The position numbers and the translations under genes were made by a program. Below the pieces are notes generated by a model. It was not told the origin of the DNA. It made no database searches and saw only the letters and a program-made list of their open reading frames with translations. From Candidatus Saccharimonadales bacterium (GTDB lineage Bacteria > Patescibacteriota > Saccharimonadia > Saccharimonadales > JBPEXE01), in assembly GCA_052031955.1 (NCBI GenBank), contig JBPEXE010000136.1, forward strand, positions 1-37,443: a stretch of 37,443 nucleotides of DNA, written 5' to 3'. This document shows positions 8,065 to 13,700 of the stretch, in pieces (position 1 is the first letter of the stretch; each line of letters starts with the position of its first letter).

Positions 8065-9123
8065 TTAGAATGATGCAACAACTGTGTAGACAATGTTGGT
8101 TGTGTAGGTACCTGCTTCGGTACTTGATGCTACACCAACTTGATGCGCTACTGTTGTGGTGCCTGCTTCGTCCGTCATTACCTCTTCGTTAGTCGTCGTG
8201 AAGCCAGCCCATTCACCACCTGGGTTTGTAAAGCGGTCGGCGCCATCGCCAACTGCGCTAAGTGATGAGTCGCTTGTTGCGTAGCCCCATGCTTCCGTGC
8301 CCACGGCTGGGAATGAAGTTGGAGCTGAGTTTGTGCCTGTATGGTTATCGATTGTGTCACTGTTAGAGTTTGTTAGGGATCCTGTGTGTCGAATATAGAC
8401 GGTATAGCCGCCGGATGCATTAGTCGTAACATCCAAGTTATGAGCTGAAACACCATTCTGTGATGCGGTCACGTCATTTAGATAGTCGATAGAAGATGCG
8501 GTCGATGCGTGAGTTGTATTGGTGCCAGAAACTGCGGTAGATGCTGCAACGCCGGATACAGTAAATGTCAGATTAGGGTCGATGGTCAAGGAAACTTGGG
8601 TACCGGTCTTGGTGGCAAATGCGATTACGACTGTGTCGACAGGGGTTGTACATGCATCATCAGTGTAGGTCGTGAGGGTCGCAAAGAATGTGTCGTCGGT
8701 ATTCGGGTTAGTCACACCGGTAAATACGAGTGTGCCGTTTGCTGCAGGTGTTTCACCTGGGTTGAATGTTATTTCGAGAAGACCATCGGTAGCAAAGTCT
8801 TCTGTCCAACTGGCCTCTGTAATCAGAGTTCCAGATGCGTCGAGTGCAGCTCCTGTGGTACTCATGCCTGCTGGTGTACCGCCAGAACCGTCTGCGTTGA
8901 CCGTGAATAGCGTTTGAATACATTGTATCGTCGTACCCGCATCATAGCCGGATGCGTCAACCGTGTATGTCACGCCAGTCTCACTTGGTCTTGGATCGCT
9001 CATCGTCACGGATGCTGAGCTTAGGGCTGCAACTGAAGCCACATTGCCAATCACCATTGCTGATGCCGCAAATCCAATAGCAAGACCACGAATTCGCTTT
9101 TTAAAGCGAGAGATCTTGAACAT
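8065..9123 (-). CDS. secreted Thr/Ser/Ala-rich protein with the shared C-terminal (WxL-like) docking domain; putative abundant surface subunit
   Basis: Signal peptide (RGLAIGFAASAMVIGNVASVAA). No TM and no LPXTG at the C-terminus. aa ~176-352 are homologous to the last ~169 aa of the giant protein. Excellent SD (AAGGAGAG) and its own downstream terminator. Confidence 0.65.
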   Translation of the reverse strand: MFKISRFKKRIRGLAIGFAASAMVIGNVASVAALSSASVTMSDPRPSETGVTYTVDASGYDAGTTIQCIQTLFTVNADGSGGTPAGMSTTGAALDASGTLITEASWTEDFATDGLLEITFNPGETPAANGTLVFTGVTNPNTDDTFFATLTTYTDDACTTPVDTVVIAFATKTGTQVSLTIDPNLTFTVSGVAASTAVSGTNTTHASTASSIDYLNDVTASQNGVSAHNLDVTTNASGGYTVYIRHTGSLTNSNSDTIDNHTGTNSAPTSFPAVGTEAWGYATSDSSLSAVGDGADRFTNPGGEWAGFTTTNEEVMTDEAGTTTVAHQVGVASSTEAGTYTTNIVYTVVASF

Positions 9124-9239
9124 ACGTTCTCTCCTTATGTTTGTTTTTTATTAGTTTTTTGTTTTCCAGCGCACCAAACCCATGAGGCGCTTGCTAGAAT
9201 GCATATATTTAAGCATAAGCCACATCAAGAGGCAAGGGG

Positions 9240-10790
9240 TTATTTGGTTGTCTTCTTCTTTGCTGTGGATGACTTGGCTTTGGGTTTTGTTGTCTGGGTG
9301 GCTTTTTTTGCGGTTGATTTCTTAGTTGGCGCTTTGGTTGAAGTAGATTTCTTAGATGTCATGGCTGTTTTCTTTACAGGAGATTTCTTTGTAGTCGTCT
9401 TCTTTGCGGCCGGTTTTTTAGAGGCCCTATTCTTCTTAGCGACAGCTTTTTTTGTGGCTGCTTTTTGCTGAGCAGTGGTTTTCTTAGTCTGCTCAACAGG
9501 CTCAACGTCTTCATGGTCGCGTACTTGAATTGATTTTTTCGGACTCTGCTTGAGCGGTTCTTCATCCGGGTCAAAGAATGGCGATTTCTCACGCACAATG
9601 GTGCTGGCGCTGGTTTGGGTGATGAAGGTTGTACTGTCGTTATTATTCTTCACGCGCGTTTCGCTAATGACTTTCGGCTTTGGTGTGGGCGTTTGGTGTG
9701 TCATTGTCTTGATTTCATCAGACTCTTTTTTGTGAAGCATATCGGGTAGCCCAAAAATTGTTTTTGGCCGATTTTCTTCTTCAATCGCCCGCGCAACTTT
9801 TTCGAGTTCTTTGGTGTCCGGTGCTGATTCCGGTAACTTTTCGTCGCCACTGTAGCGCGTGTAATTCCGTCCGCTAAAGTTGGCATGCCCACGCAGCACC
9901 GCCATGGTGCGCGGGATATTCTTTCGCTTCACAAACAACAACAGGATACCCACAGCCAGGAATATCCAGACAGCGATTAACAAATAATTTGGCACAACCA
10001 GGAACTCATGCTCGGTGGTGGCGAGCGGAATACTTTGGTTGCCATAGGTTGCTTCAGCTCGAATTTGATACGTACCATAATCGACGTCTGCCAGCCACGT
10101 CGGAACTTCAAAGACTTTTTCGGTATTTGGCAGGATTAACTGTGGTTGCAGGCTGAAAATCTCAACAATTTCGCCATCTTTAGAAATAGTCACCCGCGGG
10201 GCAGGGAGGATGTGCACATTGCCAAGGTTTCGAATTCGGAAACTAAGATTAAGCTCATCGCCACGGGTTATGTTTGATATCGCCAAATCATCATCGACAA
10301 TTTCGGCACTCTCGTTTATGTCGCCCGACACGGTGATGAGCAGGGATGCGCTTAGCTGGGGAGAAACCGTTGTAGCGTCGCGTGGTGCATCAATAACTCC
10401 CGGCGTAAGCGTGATTAATGCGTAGTGCCCACCCGGGCTGGCTTCTTCTGGGATTGTGACGGTAAAGTTGAGGGTCTTGCGTTGCTCGGCATCGAAGGCA
10501 ATGGTTTTTTCTTCTAGCTCAATCCAGGCCGAAGCATCAAAGTTGCTACGGCGAGCTTGGTCGATGAAGTTATCAACCGGAACAAGTGCTTCGGTGCCCA
10601 AGAAACCTGCAATCGGCTCGTTGCCTGTGTTTTGGAAGGTGACCGTGCTGGAGAAACTTTGGCCGGGGTCGCCGGACAGCTCTATAATTGCCGGGCTGAC
10701 GGCCAGGCTCAAGTCGGCCTGCTGCTGAGCACGGACAGAGACGGGCGCCAAGAGGCTGGCAAGGAGTGTGAACAGGAGGAGCTTTTTCAT
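9240..10790 (-). CDS. type-I membrane 'anchor 1', DUF916/DUF3324-like ectodomain plus a 229-aa cytoplasmic tail with a Lys-rich end
   Basis: Signal peptide; LSLAVSPAIIELSGDPGQ, ASAWIELEE, ASPGGHYALITLT, RNLGNVHILP; TM at aa ~268-287 followed by KRK; tail aa 288-516. ATG 10788-10790 abuts the giant gene stop (10791-10793). Confidence 0.65.
   Translation of the reverse strand: MKKLLLFTLLASLLAPVSVRAQQQADLSLAVSPAIIELSGDPGQSFSSTVTFQNTGNEPIAGFLGTEALVPVDNFIDQARRSNFDASAWIELEEKTIAFDAEQRKTLNFTVTIPEEASPGGHYALITLTPGVIDAPRDATTVSPQLSASLLITVSGDINESAEIVDDDLAISNITRGDELNLSFRIRNLGNVHILPAPRVTISKDGEIVEIFSLQPQLILPNTEKVFEVPTWLADVDYGTYQIRAEATYGNQSIPLATTEHEFLVVPNYLLIAVWIFLAVGILLLFVKRKNIPRTMAVLRGHANFSGRNYTRYSGDEKLPESAPDTKELEKVARAIEEENRPKTIFGLPDMLHKKESDEIKTMTHQTPTPKPKVISETRVKNNNDSTTFITQTSASTIVREKSPFFDPDEEPLKQSPKKSIQVRDHEDVEPVEQTKKTTAQQKAATKKAVAKKNRASKKPAAKKTTTKKSPVKKTAMTSKKSTSTKAPTKKSTAKKATQTTKPKAKSSTAKKKTTK
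9243..9488 (-). repeat. low-complexity Lys/Thr/Ala/Ser-rich coding repeats (histone-H1-like tail)
   Basis: aa 435-516: TKKTTAQQKAATKKAVAKKNRASKKPAAKKTTTKKSPVKKTAMTSKKSTSTKAPTKKSTAKKATQTTKPKAKSSTAKKKTTK. At DNA level, gatttctt(a/t)g-type units recur imperfectly. Confidence 0.8.
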
Positions 10791-13700
10791 CTAAAACCTC
10801 GCCGTAATGTTATAGATTATCGTTGTTGTAAACTCGCCGATGGCTGTTACATTCGGAACCGTTACTCGATGTGTGATAATGAATGACTCGTTCACAATTG
10901 GGGTGCCGCTGACGGTCGAAGTGTGATCGGCAATAATATCACCCGGCGCACTGAGGCTCCACGGGGCATAGCAAGGCGGGTTGCCGCCACCGGCACATGG
11001 TGCGCCACCGAATTTATTTGAGCCCTGCACATCGGTGTCTGAACTGGTATAGCCAAAGCCAAAGTCACCCACCAGCCACTCGTCGGGACTGACATAGGTC
11101 CCACCGTCAAACATGCTGACATTATCTGTGCCATTTGTTAGCACGCCGGTCGCATAGCCACGCACCACGTAGCCGTTGTAGGCATTGGTGGATGTCGTAA
11201 TCGTCGTGTTGCCGGTGGCCGTGTAATTGTTGCCCGGGTTAAGATTTCCCAGGTCGAGTGCGCTGCCACTGAGTGAGAAGTTGAGGGTAGGTGCCACAAA
11301 CTGGCCATCTGATGAGATCACGCTTTCAGACCCAGCGTTATCAGTTGTTCGTATATTCACGAAATACGGTTGGGATGTTGTGAGTGTTAGTGATGAGTCA
11401 CTAAACGAAGTTGAGGTACCGACGCTTGTCCATGCCTTGACGTCTGTTGCCCCGGCGACGGTTCCAATCGAGTACTCGTAGCCAACCAAGCCTGATGATG
11501 AACTGTCAATATTCCAGTTTGCTTCGAGTGTATCTAGGGCGCCTGAGTTATATTCGACATCGACACCTACAGACGAGCCGTCATAAACCGTGCCGGTTGG
11601 CGGTGAAGAATCAATAGCAAAGTCACGCGCGCTCTCGGCATTTGCGCCAAAGCTTACCCAGCCTGAATATGCACCCAAACTATCTTTGGTGCGGGCTTGC
11701 CAATGGTACTCTTCACCATCGGTCAGACTGGATAACGTTACACTGGCAGCCACTGGGGAGCCGGTATAGGAAGCGCCGGTACCACAGCTGGTCTCGGAAT
11801 TGGTAAAAGGTGTGCCAAGTGGCTGTATTTCGACGCACAATGCAACTGAGTCGGGGTTATCTGAGTCTGAAACTTGCGCCGTGAAGACAACGCTTGATTC
11901 ATTCGTCCAGTTTCCGACGCTAATTGCATCGGTGTTGGTCTTTTCTTGCCCAAGTGAGCTCGGATTATCAGGAGCTGTGTTGTTGGTAGGTGACTGATAG
12001 AAAATCATATTGATGTAGGGTGGGAGGTGGTTTTCGGTAGAGAATCCGGTTACATCGATGCTGTGCGTGTGCACAGCCTCATCACCAACACTACCCGAGC
12101 GCCCATCAATCGTCTGATTGGCGGCGCCAGACGCGATTCCGGTCACATCACTATGCGTATGTGTGCTCGCACCACCAGTCGTGCCGTAGCCATTGGCGGC
12201 CTTGAAGAATCGTTGATACAAATCGTCGCCACCTGTGCACGACACGCATGTCCATGTGCCACCTGGATTATCAGTCCACATTGATATGAGGCCGCCAGGG
12301 ATCGAGGTGTCGGTCGTGGCCTGACCGAGAACCATCTCTATGAAAGGCGGTTGTTTGTCGACGCTTCCCGTATTGCCGCTAACGGTATGATCGTGCGAAT
12401 TTGTAGCTCGCGGGGCGGTACTACCGTTGGTGCGCGGACTTGCTGTCGTAGGGCTATTTGCACTCGACGTATTTCCGGTAATACTGTGGCTATCACTATT
12501 ATTCCCACCGGTCGTACCGATGGTATTCTCACCATAAGTAAAGTTTCCGTCCTGAGCACTGTATCGTGTGAAATCTGTCGGCATAGTTGTGGTCGTAAAG
12601 AGTCCAATCGCCCCGTTTGGAATCGTCGAAGGGGTGCCACCGTTAAACTGGATGATTTGTAGTTGTCGGTACGCCGGCAGGTTGCTCTCGGAGCTGATTA
12701 TTGGTGAGTAAGTGTGCGTGTGTGTTGGTGTAGACACGGTTGCACCTCCCTGATCTTCACTTGTAGCTGCCGTGCCAGTTGCGCTCACAGCGCCAGAGGC
12801 AGTATGGCTATGCGTTGCTGAGCCGCCGGTGCCGCCATAGGTCGCGGCTCCACGAATCATGCGTTGAAATGCTTCATCACCACCACTACACGAGATACAG
12901 GTCCATCCCGACGGAATCGATGCGCCATCGTACAACAAAATCATTTTGGGCGGTGGGGGAGGGGTTGTGAGTTCGGGAATTGCCGTATACGTATCGAGAG
13001 GCGTACCGTCACTCTTCACGATGCGTAGACAATAGGTTGTTTCTGACGGTGCGTTCACGTCAATCAAAGCAAAGTCCCATAGCCCATCCTCGCCAATCCC
13101 GATGCCAGACTGCGCGTTGGTGAAGTTGTTTGTTTCCTCGTATGTTTGGATGTTGACCGTATCTGCACCGTGCGTTGGATCGTTTGCGTTCACAGTAGCC
13201 GCTGCAGCGTCACTTATACCACTGTTGTCGTAATAGCGAATGTCCCCACTTGCAGTGCCGACGTCAAAGAACGTCTCGCCGGTGAAGGTCGGGTCACAGG
13301 TTCCACTTTGAACGGCATATTGTAGTTTAAAGTTTTCGCCACTTGAGCTTAATGCGACCTCCGAAATGTGCAGATTCATACGTAACCGGAAAGGGGTTCC
13401 TTGGGTCGGTGTTGTGATCGCTGTGTCCTGTGTATCGATTGGGGCGCCAACATCTGTTGAGACATCATTCTCATAGAATCGATAAGCACTCTGCTCATAC
13501 TTTGTGACTGGGTTGTACTTGGCGAAGTAGGCGTTAAAGTGGGGCGGCTCGTGGTTGAGGGTGCTATAACCGGTAACGCTCACGTTGTGGGTATGTACGT
13601 TTGAGGCGCCAGCCGTTCCGGATCGGGCCGAAGAAGTTGCTGATGGCTGGGTAGACACAATGCCCGTTGTGTTGGTGTGGGTGTGAGTGGCCGAGCCACC

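Noticed and set aside
9199-9471. 90-aa Phe-rich + strand ORF
   Set aside because: It is the mirror image of the AAG/AAA-rich Lys tail of anchor 1, so the poly-Phe/Val composition is an artefact.
12351-12662. Track ORFs inside or antisense to the giant gene (e.g. 12351-12662 +, 15616-15954 +, 14528-14845 -, 12338-12640 -)
   Set aside because: All are 60-112 aa, lie entirely within the 5.6-kb ORF, have Arg/Ser/Cys-rich shadow-like composition, and lack SD signals.
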